A model generated the notes under the pieces. That model was not told the origin of the DNA. It did no database searches and worked only from the letters and a program-made list of their open reading frames with translations. A DNA stretch of 64,000 bases. It comes from Iphione sp. A-MEVVRFRX5 (taxonomy: Eukaryota). The position numbers and the translations under genes are program-made. How positions within the stretch are numbered: position 1 is the first letter of the stretch; the number at the start of each line of letters is the position of its first letter. The stretch spans positions 38,006,001 to 38,070,000 of the forward strand of contig OZ320316.1 of the NCBI GenBank assembly GCA_976226885.1, read 5' to 3'. Of the stretch, positions 37,201 to 51,559 are shown in pieces.

Positions 37201-40200
37201 GATATTTACAATAAAAAATGGCCATCGGCCTGTTAAAAAAACATTGCTCCGAAAGTTCAAGGATACATCTTTCAATTTGTCATGATGGTCCAACAGTGAG
37301 AAACAAATTAGATAATAAAGCAAGGAATATATATGTATACATATTGTAAAAAGGAATCTCTGTATAGATTTCTAGAACTATATCACTATACACAAACTTC
37401 ACCCCCAAAAGTACATTTTCTTTTGGCTACTTTCTTAAACCAACTGTGCCACTGCACAAAATTGTATGAACATCTCATCACATTCCCTATAACCTTCCGG
37501 GGATTACCAGCGATCAGAAGCCACTGTGCTACTTGGCTTCCACCCTGTGAAAAGTATCCTATCACGGCGAGATATGCGATAAAACTTTTCAAAACAAATC
37601 AACTTCAGACGTCCATAGCCTAAGTAAATTTAAGGTCAGTTTTCCGTCGCAAAGTCTTGTGCTTTTAAGCTGATTAATGTATTATGATGTGGGAGGAAGG
37701 TCACATGATGTATCACAGGCTTAGAATTCAAACCGATCAGGGCTTTTTCTATTCCGTTGTAACAGTTTCTTAGAATCTGGCTTTTTGGCATTTTGATCCA
37801 CGGTATTACGCTGTCCTAAAGTAAAAGTCTACTTTTTAAAATTTCATTGTCCGCCCTTTTATGTAGGCTTGCACTTAATTAAATGTCATAAATGGCCATG
37901 AATGTCAGTCCACTAAAATCTCATGACACAGACATTGATGAGATTTAGAAGGCTATAAGTCTTTGATACGCTGACTTTTCATCCTGATCATAAGAATTTT
38001 ATGTGTAATTCAACTTCTAATTGACTTGAAGTCCATTACGCTTTATGTTATTTCCTGATCGAATGATACAGGCGTCTCCCTTGTGAACTGGCCTCTGAAA
38101 TCTTGCATGATAGTAAAATTTGATTCTGGCACAGATTAGATTCTGGTGTTGCAGTCAATGGAGTAATTTCCCAATATTTCCAAGTATAATCGAATATAAA
38201 AAGTGGTCCTGTGGAAGAACATATCTTGTTCTCCATGTAAACATGATTGCAGGGACTGTCTCAACTTTGGTTATTGTCTTTTCTTGAATACTATCATTTA
38301 TTACAACTGGAGACCTTTGAGCTGTGCAATAAGATCGTTGACGATAAGAACAATAGGGCACAATGAAACATGAAAATAGAGAAAAGGGGGAAACACAGAG
38401 GGAAAGAGTATTTATTTTAAGATACCACAGAATTAGGCCAAGCTGGAAACACCAGCTTAAGCTAGTTGCCGGAACATCCTTACTCATAAAAGGACGTTAC
38501 TTTGGTGAACCAGAAACTTTTCATCATAACCCCAAACATTTATTTTTAACCCCGATTTCCTCATAACCCTTACACATATGTACCTTTAGGATGCTATGCC
38601 AAATGATTGAATATGGAAGACAAACATTTAAATAAAAACTTGATCTTTTACAATGGAAAAAGCTTTGGAATTCATTAGAACGACTATGTAGACGTCCTCA
38701 GGATTATAGAAGTATAGTATCAGTTATATCTGGCAAATATGACCATAGATGGAATGACACTCCTCTCTGCCAATCTTAAAGTTTGACCTATAGCCGGGAA
38801 TGTTGGATATCTTTCATCTTCAAGAGTTTGTCATTGCTTGCATTACTATAAAACCATTGTACACTTCCTTATTGCAGATGACCTTTCAATCATTTAGCAA
38901 GGATCTGTAGTTAGGAACAGCTTCAGTGGCCATATCAGTCCAATACTACTGAAACTGGAAAATGTCCAAACCCCCCAGCGAAAGATCAAATTGATTATAA
39001 ATTAATTCCATTATTTACAAGTAAGTCATAAAAATCAAATTTTTAATCTAAGTTCAATCCCAATCTTAGGAAATAACTCATAGTGATCAATATTTCAACT
39101 ATAATATGCAGTTTATATGTCATATATATTGTAAACCTTGATCAAAATGTCATAAGGGAGGTACTGGGTGGAATTAAATAATTCTCATTTTATCTGTTCT
39201 CATTTGATATTGAATACACGTACATATATGTAGATACAAACCGGAGTCCCTATGACGTTGAACCTTAACCCCAACGCCTGTAATGGCTAATTACCTTCAT
39301 CTTTACGATTTTCTATCCAGCAACCCTTTTCACTGGTCCTGAGAACCTATGTACAGTGGAAATGTGCTGCGACCTCTCAAGAATGATAACAATATCATCA
39401 AAGGATTTGAGGTTTGAAAAGTTTTTTAAAGGAGCAAACCGTGTGTATGTTAGCGTTTCAAGATTTAACATTTAAACCTAACATGTTTATGTGAACTTCA
39501 GAAAAACTCATTAAAATTCGTTACGATTTACTTTTTTTTCAGAAAAACAAAGCGGTCTAGGATCTTTAGTCTCAATCATCTCTGGCGATATTTGTTACCT
39601 GGGGCCTGAATTTACGTGAGACCACGTCTATAGGTGCAAAACTAAAAGAAAAAGGATATTATTTTCACGATATATACATGTATCTTCATCAGTGCCTCAA
39701 TTTGAAAACAATCAACTAGGTATGGGTATACAAACAGTTACGAAACAAGCATTCAGCTGACGGGTAGCCTCAGTAGTCTACGTGTTTACCTTGACTTCAG
39801 ACACACCGGGCAGATGGAGCTTTTTTACACTTTTCTACTAGGAGATTTTCCCTAGTGACATGACTAGGCATTACTTGCTTAAACTGTTAGTGCATATATT
39901 TACAAATTTTGGTGACGTTTTGACATACCTCTGGTAGCAATAGCTTCCAAAGTTTGGCACCTTCTGTAGAAGATGCTGCACTTGTGTCCTTAATGTCTAG
40001 GTCTAACTGCAAAGAAATATGGTTTTAGTTATTACTTGTTCTATTATGTTCCCTTAATATTGTATCCCCGCTTCCATATGCCTAGTGTATTGCAGACGGC
40101 AGTTTCAGATCTCTCTTCACATCTCGTCTCGGGCAGTTGCATATCAGTTTGACGTCAAGAAAACTAGTATGTCTTAGAAAGCAATGTCGTAGAGCTCTCT

Positions 40201-40649
40201 TATAAGTTCTCACCTCTCGATGAAACTTCGATGACGAACTGTCTGTTAAACCATTACCCAAAACTGTATTATTGGTATTTTCGCGGGTTTTAGCTGGAGG
40301 ATATGATCGAATGCGGTTATCACCCAGCCACTTTTTCTGAAGTTATATAGTTTCTGACTAACGCTTCCCAACACTGAGTCGACGTGTTTGTCGAATAATT
40401 GAGTTTCGTTGAAAATGACCCCGAGATATTTGTTACTAGCTCAGAATTTTATTTTTGTGTGTAATCGGTATTGGGTCTCGCAATTGGAATCTGTATATGT
40501 ACCAAAAATTCTTACTTTTAAATTTGTGAGTATTTTGTTATCAGAAGCCCAGGTCTCTAGGATGGTCTGCTTGGATAACTTTTCGGGTTAACTGTGATGG
40601 TTGCTCTAGCTGTTAGCACCATATCATGTCAGTGAAAATGCTGAAGAGG

Positions 40650-40910
40650 AGGTACGCTAATATAGACTTTGGTTGTACTCCACACGTTACACTCCACCGT
40701 TTGCTACCATCACTTGTTTACGACCAGCTAAGTAATTCCGAAACCAGTTCAGGTTATTTAGCTCACCTAGATTATACAGTCTTTTGAATATTACTAGATG
40801 ACTTATTGAACCAAACACTTTTGGGGAATCGACAAATACACTCACCACCCTAAGTTTCCCGTTTAATAGTTCATGCACTGTATCTGTGATATACGGTGGA
40901 CATGGAATAT
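40650..40910 (-). mobile_element. Short CR1/L2-type RT fragment
   Basis: ITDTVHELLNGKLRVVSVFVDSPKVFGSISH...KRLYNLG...NWFRNYLAGRKQVMVANG is a degenerate version of the FxDLSKAFDxVxH...L.WF.SYL..R.Q.V region also seen in the 21-23 kb element. Confidence 0.8.
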
Positions 40911-41893
40911 TAGCACTAAATTATTAGCATATCAAGTATATAATCATCGCTAATAGCATATGTGTGAATGTACGCGAGTGTGTTTGTGCACACATATATG
41001 ATATCGGGTATATACGAGTTTATTTTGTAAGCAAAAAGAAGTAGGCTTCCTGCATACTGGCCTGTATTTTTAGTTCGAGTATTCTCGGTATCCAGCAAGT
41101 ACCCATAATAACCCAGATTCTTTGATGTCATATATTTGGAGCCTTTTCGTGGTCTGACTTGGAACAGAATGAATACATATGCATGATTATATTAACTTCT
41201 GTCGCAAAATTTCTACAAACAGCATGTAAATATATTCATTCATACACTAGGAGATCCCCATGGCAACATACTAAGAGAATACATCGTTTGGGTGCTGATA
41301 CAAACAGCTGTACGAGTTGAGTATGGAAATATTCTTTGAGCTAGCCTGCATGGCAAGTAAAAATTTTCTATACTTAGTGAGTCGCCCATTTGAATTGGCA
41401 CCCAAACTACATATTCTGTTTATTATATGAACCTATTTGTTATATGGTGAGCATGATATGTGAAAGTATATATGGGTATTGCACACTGTGCAATACACTT
41501 ATGTTTTTTGCACCCATGATATGTATCCAATAAATACACCCTGTATCTGCACAAGAGCAATCTCATTATCTGCTGGTTGATTGCAGCTGTGATGGTCTTG
41601 GGTCTTTCCCCATCACCTTGAATTTCTTTTGTCTATAGTTCTTTTAATTTGTTAGATCTCTTTGGAGAATCCTCTATATCCATGGCCTTTGCCCAAGTTT
41701 TGGACCACGCTAGGTTAGAGCTACAGTAAATATGTTTGGTCATGTATCAAGAATCTGACACTCAGGATTGGAACTGCAACCACTCAGTAAGTGGACCAAT
41801 GTTATTCAGCACTCTTATCAACCTAGCTAATTCTCCGCCCCTATCCTGCCCACATTTGTTGCTATATCCGTTATTCTTATTTGCACAACGGTA

Positions 41894-42068
41894 AAGTGGA
41901 ACCCCTCTACTAAGGACAACCTCTATAAAAGACACCCCCACTATTGACAGACTGGAAACAGAACTAAATCTCTATAATCATGTTTAAATACTCCGGCTAT
42001 AAAGTACACCCCTCTATGGACAGTTTTTGGTCAGTCCCTTTGCTGTCTGTAGCAGAGAGGTTCCACTG
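41894..42068. mobile_element. Tc1/pogo-type MITE family E (CAGTGGAACC...GGTTCCACTG)
   Basis: TA|AAGTGGAACCCCTCTA...GCAGAGAGGTTCCACTG|TA; TA TSD. Confidence 0.78.
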
Positions 42069-42171
42069 TATTTCCATTACATTGATGCATAATAAATACA
42101 GTGCACATGTAAGTGTAAATGTATAGTTGTCTTTCGGACCGGTTTTCGTCCATGTCTCTTTATCGCCGTCA

Positions 42172-42191
42172 CTCTCTCTCTCTCTCTCTCT

Positions 42192-42243
<52 letters not shown>
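42172..42243. repeat. (CT)n microsatellite
   Basis: Seen directly; two single-base interruptions. Confidence 0.95.
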
Positions 42244-42246
<3 letters not shown>

Positions 42247-42900
42247 TCACTCTACACATTATATTTTGTTTGCTCTTCGCCTGTGTGGTAAAAAACGGAA
42301 GGAGTTGGGTACTCAGTGCCAGGACCGTCATTGGTGATGGGAAGAGGCTCAGTGTTGCTGTCCTAACATAACACTGAGGATCAGACGGATATTTTGGGAA
42401 GTGATACGAAGGTAAGAAGTACCGAGGAGTCGCAGGTGTACTTCTTTCGCAAAACATTGCTCCCTGACAAACGCGGGTGCAAAAACTTCTAACATTTTTG
42501 CCGTCGGTGCGACATCTTAAACATGCCTGTCGCAGCAGCTAGGATGAGGATCTACCTAGGTAATAAACCACGTCTCAGACATCCCTCTTTAGACGGCCAA
42601 ACCATGATCCACATTAACACATTACACAGATATCAGTTCGAGGTTAATGATCGAATATACAAAGGATTCAGCTGTGTGTAATGTTCAAAGACCTACTTAC
42701 TATGATGGGCTGGATTCATGCCATGTGTTCGACTTGTCGGCGGTAGAGACGGAGATGGCGGTTCAGAGTAGAACAGGCGAGTATCAGTATACAGTTTGAG
42801 TGGCTTGTTTAAATGTTATTTAATGTGATGGGGTTTTCCTATCGAAGACATAACCTGGTCAGGTATCTACCACACCAACCTGCTCACATGTCTAGGGTCC

Positions 42901-43420
42901 GTGAAGACGTGGAATAATGTGGGTGGAAGATGGGTGGAGCTACTCCCAGGCAGTAATCAATACAACCTACACGGCGCGAGTCGCTCGCTCCTCAGATGGC
43001 GAGCACTTTCTTCTGCCGTCCCATCTCCGGCCGGTGGGTACAACCCACCCACCCAGACCCGCCGTCGGCCCCCACCCGGACCGTCTCGATCTTCCACCTC
43101 GTCTGCAACCGCCGCCTCGCCGCCGCCACCGCCACCACCAGCGCCTCCGACACCGCCTATGTCGGGCTTCGATGTGATGGACAACAAACAAACGCTCGAG
43201 TTGCACGATCTATCTCGGTCTTGGAGAGCGTCTGAATAGCCCCGAGTATTTGTCGGGCCTACTTTGCCGTCCAAGAGGAGGCGAAGGGTCTGTGGGAAGA
43301 GAGGGCGGCAGGCCGAGTCCGGACGACGGAGGCCAGACGCAAGGGCTATCGTCCCCGGCCACTTAGTCCGGCAGTCGAGGTTAGCCTTATCGCGTGAAAA
43401 GACACGCTGGACGCGCAATC
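42901..43420. other. GC-rich exon-like island (poly-Pro on plus, poly-Gly on minus); strand unresolved
   Basis: Open frames on both strands (112 aa plus, 153 aa minus). Minus-strand acceptor ccgccctctcttcccacag| before 43289; plus-strand acceptor-like cgctcctcag|ATG at 42995/42996. Confidence 0.35.
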
Positions 43421-43809
43421 ACGCTGGGCACTGCAGAGTATCAAGGGGATCTGGTGGGGTTCAGTCTACAAAATTATACCGACTAAAATCCAAGAAAAGA
43501 GGTAGCTCTGTAGCTATATCCTTTCTAGCTTCATTGTGCGATCAAATATTGTCATTTGTTAAAGATTGTCACATCTATATAAGTCATATAAGCATATAAA
43601 CGACATTTTAAAAAGATATAAAAGAAAGAAAAGAGAGTGAGCTCGGTTAAGAAAAATTGATAACATGCAAACACTTCAGAAACATATATTATGGACGGCA
43701 CAGGAATAGTATTTTTTCCGGCAGTTTATCAGTGTTTTGCATAATCATGTACATGCATATTAACATCTTAACAAAGCCTTTTCAAGAAACTTAAAATTAT
43801 TGTGTTAAG

Positions 43810-43828
43810 GAGAGATAGATAGATAGAT

Positions 43829-43875
<47 letters not shown>
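43810..43875. repeat. (GATA)n(GA)n compound microsatellite
   Basis: Seen directly. Confidence 0.95.
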
Positions 43876-43879
<4 letters not shown>

Positions 43880-44695
43880 GGGTGGGGGGCACATAAAATG
43901 CTCGAGAGCGAAAAAGCCATTAAACTTCTACAAGATCTTGTGAGAAAAGTATGTACCTATAGCAGCACTTCTGGTTGATTTCAGTCGTAACGCCATTTCC
44001 AAGGCGGTCGCATTCATGATGCCATCTAGCGACTTCTGGTGGATTCACTAATTTAAACGGACCTTTTTACACATACAGTTCGATGCGTTCTTTATTCTGT
44101 TCATAGGACAAATCTTATTGCATCAAACAAAATATTTTTTTTTGGAAATCACGTAGATCATTTAAATAGCCTAAGCGTCTTTTACTGTTGATCTCGCCCA
44201 ACGTATGCGCCAATCCAATGTTTCAAACGGTTGCCTGTGTTTCCCACATTTCCACAGCACAATATTGACATTATCGGAAAAGCAAACTTAGTAATTGATA
44301 AATGAAACAATTTAGGTAGTTGGTAGTTGGTAATAATCAATTCATTCGAGGATCAAAGCTAAAATTAAATTGTGATGGTAATTTCATTGGTGACCTACTT
44401 TTTTACACTTATTAACTTTTGGTTTATTTTATGGGATGCATAATGTCTTTACGACAATTTAACATTCTATGCTTTGAAAATCTTGATCATATAATGGAAG
44501 TTTTTGGGCCAATTATCGACAATGTGGGCCAGATTCAACGCTTTTGCCAAATAAGTGCACTAAGTTCCAAATACTTCTGCGTCTTTGATTACGTATGACT
44601 CATCGGTTGCTGAAAGGGAAAAAGAACGCTGATGATAATAGTACATAGTTTTGGGTGAGATTTTGGCATCACTGCCAGATTCACATACCTTTTTA

Positions 44696-44929
44696 GGCCA
44701 AAAAAATAGGTGTGTTTCTGGTAATGGCCTCCCAAAAACCTAGGTAGGGAGGGAGGTATCCTTTTTTTAATTTTCTTTCCACTTTCTGCCTCTGATTTTC
44801 AATAATAATAAAGATGAAAACCTTAGCCTCAGCCTTAGAAAACCTTTGGGGACAAAAAATGTTTAGGTAGGGTGAGGTTTTACTAGGTAGCGGTGGGTTA
44901 CCAGAAACACACCTTTTTTTCTTTTGGCC
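44696..44929. mobile_element. PIF/Harbinger-type MITE family B
   Basis: TTA|GGCCAAAAAAATAGGTGTGTTTCTGGTAA...TTACCAGAAACACACCTTTTTTTCTTTTGGCC|TTA; TTA TSD on both sides. Confidence 0.85.
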
Positions 44930-45441
44930 TTATGAAAGTACTAACAGAATTTACGAGGGATTCTTTGTCGTCCTCCAACACCTTTGTCACCGAAAACATA
45001 CCAGTAAATGAACAGAAGTTAGAGAAAAAAAACTTGTCAACAGATGCCACTGTGCTTTTATTTAAACACAACATCAAGATTCAAGGTACATGTAGCACTT
45101 ATCCATTTAAACTGGTCAAACATTCTGCTTTGTGGTATGACATACAATCACAATCTAGTACATTTGCACATGTTTTATAGGCAGGGCTGCCAAGTATGGG
45201 ATATCTTGATGTTGGTGATGTATGTATTACAACTGAGACCAAACTTGGTTGGTGAAAATATGGGTTATCGAGGCACCATAACGTAGGTGTTACCAATGAG
45301 TTGTAGGTGACTTAGCTTGCCTGTAAACATTCGATTCCATAAAGGTAACCTACCAGTGGAAAACCGTTAGTTCTGTCTGAGCAGGAGACGAACTTATATA
45401 TAGAATATATATTTGAAGAAAATGTAAGTAGACAGAAACGG

Positions 45442-45624
45442 CAGTCGAAACCCTATCTGCGACCACCACTCTGGACCAAACCAAGAGTGGTCGTTATGGC
45501 GAATTTGGTCGTAAATCAATAAGATTTCTTATAGAAACTATGTTTTTGTTCCCATTGTAAATGGTTGTAAATTGGATTTAGTCATAAATCGATGAGGTCA
45601 TAAAATTTAACAGACTTTCCACTG
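45442..45624. mobile_element. Tc1/pogo-type MITE (GCGACCAC subfamily)
   Basis: CAGTCGAAACCCTATCTGCGACCACC...GACTTTCCACTG|TA. Related ends occur at 46224-46300 (TACAGTGGATATTCACAGAGGCGACCAC) and 48721-48896. Confidence 0.6.
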
Positions 45625-46595
45625 TACTAGACCTGAGAATCTGCTATAGCCTGACATGCTCGCCATGGATGCTGTCTTTTGAATTTTCTTGAAAGTTTGC
45701 ATTATCTGTCACAAATGTATCAAAATTGTTTTGTGTTGCAGATCTACATGTAAAACAAACGCTTGTAAAACATGTAAAACAAAATCTTGTGACTTGCAGA
45801 CTTCACACCTGCAGTCATATGTTTTTTCATGAATACATTTGAATAGATTCAGAACACCATGATACATGTATACCCACCATATACATACACTCGTAGATAG
45901 AAACGATTCATTCACTCCCCTCGACAGTGACTGATGAGAAAATCTTCATAGCCAAGAGGACCGTTTGTAGTTTTTCAAAACAAAGTTCTGCCAATATGTA
46001 GGCATATTTATAGATATACATGTATAAGCAGTAGCACATACATGCATTTACACATACATATGGTTAATTCTCCCAATTAGTGCACCATTCACAGAGAATA
46101 CAATAGCCTTCTTTTAGTGAAAAGAAGGGGCTAATATGATATTTTGAAATATTTTTTATCTCTGGCTCAAGGACACATAAAGGGTCTGATATTAATTTCT
46201 CTATTTGTATTATATGAACTACAGTGGATATTCACAGAGGCGACCACTTAGCAGACTGGGCAAAAGTGGTCACCTCTTGCAAGTGGTTGCCCCAGGCATC
46301 GGTCAGCCCTTCTCCCTCTCTCTCACCTTAGACAGTAAGGGGGTCAAACCTGGAACTGTATTCCCTTCTACCTCTCTCTCTCCATGAACTAACAATTATC
46401 ATTCCTTAAACGATTGCTATGTAAATGAAATTAGTTAATAAAGGGAATGAAGTTAATAAAATTAAAAAGTATAAATTATAACTCTAATGAATAACATAGA
46501 CACAAGAATGACATATCCATAAAAAGTTATTGGAAACAATTGTTTCAAAGCAATACATTTATTATAATGTTATATAAGGATAAACAGTATGAATA

Positions 46596-47320
46596 CTATG
46601 TACATATATAATCATTTAACAAATTTACTTCTTGCTGAAGAAGTGCTAGATGGTTGGCTGGACTCTTCTCAGTGATGCTCATAATGTCCATAATAGGGTC
46701 CATTGTAGGGGCAATGCCCTTGGAGAGGCAATGAATCCTCACTTGGTCTATCATGTTCATGATCTCATGGTGCTTGTGTTTAGTGCCTAGAATGGGATCT
46801 TTATCTTTATCCTCATCTCCATCCCTTGAGGCACCATCCTCAACTTCAATTTCAGCTTTTTTTTTCACCTCCTCAATGAGGTGCTCCTCCCAGCCCCTGT
46901 CCCTAGGGGCATAAGAAGGCAGTCTATCAGCTCCTCATATTCCTCCCTAGTCAGAGCTGCTCCTGGGAGGTTCTGTCCATTATGTGTCCTCCTGATCAGC
47001 TCTGCCAATGGGAGATCATCATCATCATCCTTTTCCTCAGGCTTGGAGAGGCTGAGATCAACATCATCTAGATCAGGAACTGCATCAGCCTTCTTCAAGC
47101 ACTTAAAAACTGTGCTGGCTGGCACAGCCTTCAAAGCTGCCTTGATCTAGGTGACTGCCATGTGTACATCCATGACCACTCACCGCTTTGAAGGGTGTCC
47201 ATGGACGAGAGAGGCATGAGATCACACTTAGCAACTGCAGGAGGTCCTGGCCACCCGCGAGGACACATAAACACCTGCAGCTGACTACTGGATTAAGGAT
47301 CACACATAGAAAAATTCGCC
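46596..47320 (-). mobile_element. Second pogo/Tigger transposase remnant (C-terminal part)
   Basis: DVHMAVT*IKAALKAVPASTVFKCLKKA matches the Tigger-type ..A..WI..AW..V...TI..CF.KA helix, followed by acidic DDDDDLPLAELIR. A poly-T frameshift near 46860 joins ORFs 47134-46865 and 46868-46596. Confidence 0.72.
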
Positions 47321-48720
47321 ATTTTTGGCAGATACCTTTCAACCCAGAGGCTAGGTGATTAATATTTCATGGATTTCATTCATTTTTGGCACAAAGAAAG
47401 ATCATGTTATGATCTACCTGTGGTTATTTAAAATTGTGCAAAATGCACTAGGTTACCATGGAAAACAGGTCAAATGCTCAGTCAGAATAGCATAAAATAC
47501 CTTGGTTGTACAAATTTTTTTTATTAAGATATTTTACCTGGCAGTCCATTGGTGCCTGGATTTTACTACATCAGAAATTGTCAATTCCTAGGTACTATGT
47601 ACAGATCACATTTAAGTCTATATATATTATGTACATGATATTTACAGCTATATACAGAGTATGAGGATGGCATCATTGACGCAAAGAGTATAATGTGTTT
47701 GATATATGAGATAAGGTCTGATGGATTTTTCCTTTATTTCTACCTTACATGATCAATATACCCTGAAGTTTTCCTTCTGGTATTTGTCGATTAATTCTTT
47801 TTAGTTGTTGTTTGAAGATCGATTTATTTATAGATTTAAGGCATCGTTCAAGCTTTTCCATAGATGATATGCCTGATATCGGGGACTTGTCATAATATGA
47901 CTAGTCTTAGATTTGGATATAGGCGGGCTTGGATTCCTTAGCCTATTGCTTCAGTATTATTCAGTATGATATTTGCATACATCTTTATGGATATAAAACC
48001 TTAAAATGATCTAAAATGATTAATTATATGAATATGATTAAAATTCTTAATTGTGTGTTTCAGAATTGATCTTGGTAGTAAATCTGAAGTACTTCATGAC
48101 TCTTCACTGAATAAAATAGTGAAAATGAGTGTCATGATGACCTATAAAATACATATTTAAATATAAATGTGTTTTTTAAATAATTATTACATTTAACTAG
48201 AATATAATAAATTCTGTTCTCTGTTACTTTCTCCCATAAAAATTCTTAAGAAAATCACATTTTCTTTCATGAGTTCTTTCTGCCTGATATTTCCCCATAA
48301 ATTATACTTGTACCTATTTTAGTACTATCCCATGATACCTCAAATTTGCATCAATGATGCTGTTGCTGATGCTGATGCACTATTTTGAGATGACAAATGT
48401 CACATTCCCAGCTGTGTAAAATTTGTTCTATGCTATGCATCAGGACCAATTAGGTTTCGAAATTTGGGAAAACACTTGCTAAACACTTATCTAATTAGAT
48501 ATGTTGTCATAAAGAAAATATTTGACCCTGTTTTGTTACACAGTTCAGAAAAGAGTGTAAATTTATTGGATTTTTCTTTTAAAAACTATGGTCTTTTTAA
48601 CCTTACATGTTTGCCTAACCAACCCATACAGAAACAAGGTATACAATTTAACTATAGTAAAAATCCCTCCCATTAAAATGATGTATGAAACATTAGTACT
48701 CAGAGCAAACTGATGTACCC

Positions 48721-48896
48721 TAGTAGAAACCAATCTTTAGATACTCCTTCTATGTTGGAAAATCTTTTCTTGGTCCTAACGTGGTTAAAATAGAGGTTGC
48801 CTGAGACGAAAGGCAAATAGGAAATATACAGAAAACTATTCCGCTCTGGCTGAAGTGGTCTCCCTCGGCGATTGGTCGCAGGTCGAGTGTCGACTA
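48721..48896. mobile_element. Diverged Tc1/pogo-type MITE
   Basis: Left TAGTAGAAACC, right TGGTCGCAGGTCGAGTGTCGACTA|TA. Internal TAGGAAATATACAGAAAAC is shared with about 56233-56251. Confidence 0.5.
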
Positions 48897-50599
48897 TAAT
48901 TTGCTACTAACTTTCTGTGGTACTTTTGAGAGACTAAATTGCAGTACATGTATTCGATTGTATGGTGAATACGTTTATTCTTTGTGTGTACATTTTGAAC
49001 TAAGTTGTATAGGCCTACAAGTCATGTGTTTAACTATCTAAGCAATGAAGACAGACATAACGCCCGGCAAATAGACAGACAGAGACAGGGAAGAGAGGCA
49101 GGGAGACAGGAGGGAGGCGGCGGGTGTAGCAGGGAGGTAAAGAGACTACTAGGAGAACAAGTTGTTTCAAATCAGATATAGGGAACCTCAAAAGGATTGT
49201 ACACTTCTTGTAGTCGTTGCAACGAAACTTTTAAAAGTTGGACAGCTGTGTTGGGGTTCGCTGATCCAACCCGGCCCCAGAATTCGTGACTTCCTCTTTT
49301 CCTTTTATTCAGTGCTGCATTTTCCCTTTGGCGCATTCCAATATAATTGTACGTGGCTGCACGTTTGGCCGTGTGTTCAACTCTATGTGGGAACCGGAGT
49401 GTGAAGGAAATATGTATGGTTAATATTTTGTTGCAACCATGACAGGGACGATGGATACTCTCGTTGACGGGAGGACTTCTTGTTCGCTCCCGTGGACTAA
49501 TAGATTCCATCACGAAACTTGTCCACGTCGAATTGCGTACCGACAAAATGGGCACGAAATCAACTTTTACAAAGAGAGTAATCAAACGTTAAGGTTTGAA
49601 CCTCTTTTTTGTATGTGTATTATTTCCTGTTTGGGTCGATGTCGGCCGCAAAACTCTGATCACTGAATCACTTTCTTCTACATGGAGCCGAGGAAAGGTC
49701 CCTATCATCCAATCATTAATCATCAAATTGAGTACCTATCCAACATAAATCATTTTAGCGCAAAATAGCCTATATAAAAAAGAATTGCATCTATAGTTAA
49801 GCTAACAACGAATTATCTTGTAATTTGTTGTACATATATCCTTCGGCTCTATGCCAGACACACGTTTTCTCGATCTGTCTCTATATATACCTCACAGTTT
49901 TGCGTAATGTAGCCAATCGAAAGGTCCTGACAATTTTTACTTCCACTCGAAGGTAAGATCCGATGCTAAGACAGTGAGAATTATTTAACCGATTATTCTT
50001 GAAATTGTTGGTAGTATTTATTTTTTAAAAATATGCAAGGACTGTGAATGGATGTATTCAAGACAAAAAGTAAATACCAAAAGTAGTTTTGATGTTGTCA
50101 TTGTTTTGAATGTTTATGAGACACTGTGGCCCAGCTGCGTGGGTGGACCTTTTTAGTAGCAGCCACTGGGTTAAAGTACATATATACGAACGTGTATACA
50201 TAAATATATGAATATATCAAATATTCAATGTAGTCATTCATGCATACGGCAAGGTTGTTGTTAAGCTTTTCAAATCGCGAAAAAAACAGAACAAATTAAC
50301 TTTTTCATAGAGTAAACATTAGTGAGCCCACTCAAATTCCAAACTGTGTGATACAAGAGTGTAGCACACCACAGCTGGTAAGTAGAACATCCAGGGTAGA
50401 ATTATAAAGCCTTTTTATCTTTCTCGTTGGTAAAGTTGCCAAAATGTCAGCCATATTAAATGCAGCACTAAAATTACTCTCTGACGTAATAGAAGTAATA
50501 TTAATTTATACGACATACGATAAGACTAACCACAACCTCAGCAAATATGCATATTGAGGCGTATTATGACGTAGGTATACACGGGCAGAAAATTCGACA

Positions 50600-50950
50600 G
50601 GCCACCCCGTCAGCAGTGCAGACTGATTGTGACGTAAGGGCTCTTCATTGTTTCGGCTGTTGTAGTTTTGACCCTGCACTCACCTCGCCGTCCGCCGCCC
50701 AATCGCTGCCCCTGGGGACCAAGCTGCGCATGCTCCGCGTGGCAGCGCTAATTTGGCCGTCGTACATAATGTATAGAGCCGGAAATTGCCCATGCGCCGA
50801 GCAGCTCGCCCTATCGACAGGCAAGCGGCTCGCACCTCTGCCCGTTGCCAAGAGACAGGCGTGCTTGGCTACCGAAGTCCCCTCAACTCAGCCCACCTAT
50901 TGCGTTGTCCACAATGGAGGCTGCCCCTCTCTTTATGTACATGGCTAATT
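50600..50950 (-). promoter_or_regulatory. CpG-rich island, candidate promoter or first exon
   Basis: CpG-dense. Contains CCGCCC and CCAAT (about 50695-50703), GCGCATGC (NRF1-like) and CCGGAAA (ETS-like). A consensus minus-strand donor GAG|GTGAGT has the exon ending at 50684. Confidence 0.45.
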
Positions 50951-51056
50951 GGTGCATCAAATGATATGTTAGGATTTTATAACTCCTCGAGGGATTTATT
51001 TATTGTAATTATGTGTACTGCCCTGCATCACTAAGGGTGGCAATTCTAGATAGAAA

Positions 51057-51058
51057 GT

Positions 51059-51094
<36 letters not shown>

Positions 51095-51102
51095 CAGACA
51101 GA
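51057..51102. repeat. (GATA)n(GACA)n microsatellite
   Basis: Seen directly; abuts the left end of the family-F MITE. Confidence 0.95.
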
Positions 51103-51104
51103 TA

Positions 51105-51559
51105 TAGTCAAATGCTGCTTTGCAATCATTCTTCTGGTCTAACCGCAAGTGGTCGCATTAGTGGTTTTGGTCGCAGTGTGGTCAAAGCTCATTTGTTAAG
51201 AAAAATGACCAATTTGACAAGTGAAAGTCCTAAAAGTGCCGAATTTTTCTTTTAGCATGGACATCTGAGCAATTGCACTAACACCTCTGACAGCACGTTA
51301 GGCAATGAATAACCTTCCAACATTCTGATCACAGGACTTTAGAAGTGTCGCTCTCACACCTCTGGCCGCATCATGATGCTCAAATCCAACAGAAACAACC
51401 CTAAGATGTGTGTTTGCACGCTTGTTTGGCTGCAAATTGGCCTGCCCAGATAGTGCTATTTTCATATACATGTTAACTGAGAGAATAATTCCATTCCAAG
51501 CTCAAGTGGTCGTATTTAAGGGTTTGGTCACTAAACGGTATGGTCACCAATTGGCATAG

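Noticed and set aside
37990-39050. Possible L1/Tx1 RT remnant
   Set aside because: One loose SPxxF-like stretch but no QGCPLS or YADD; not supportable.
42077-42457. ORFs with RERERE or SLSLSL runs (also 53747-54106)
   Set aside because: Translations of (GA)n/(CT)n microsatellites.
49172-49585. 137-aa minus-strand ORF
   Set aside because: No recognisable motif, no clear splice signals and no compositional shift indicating coding; probably chance.
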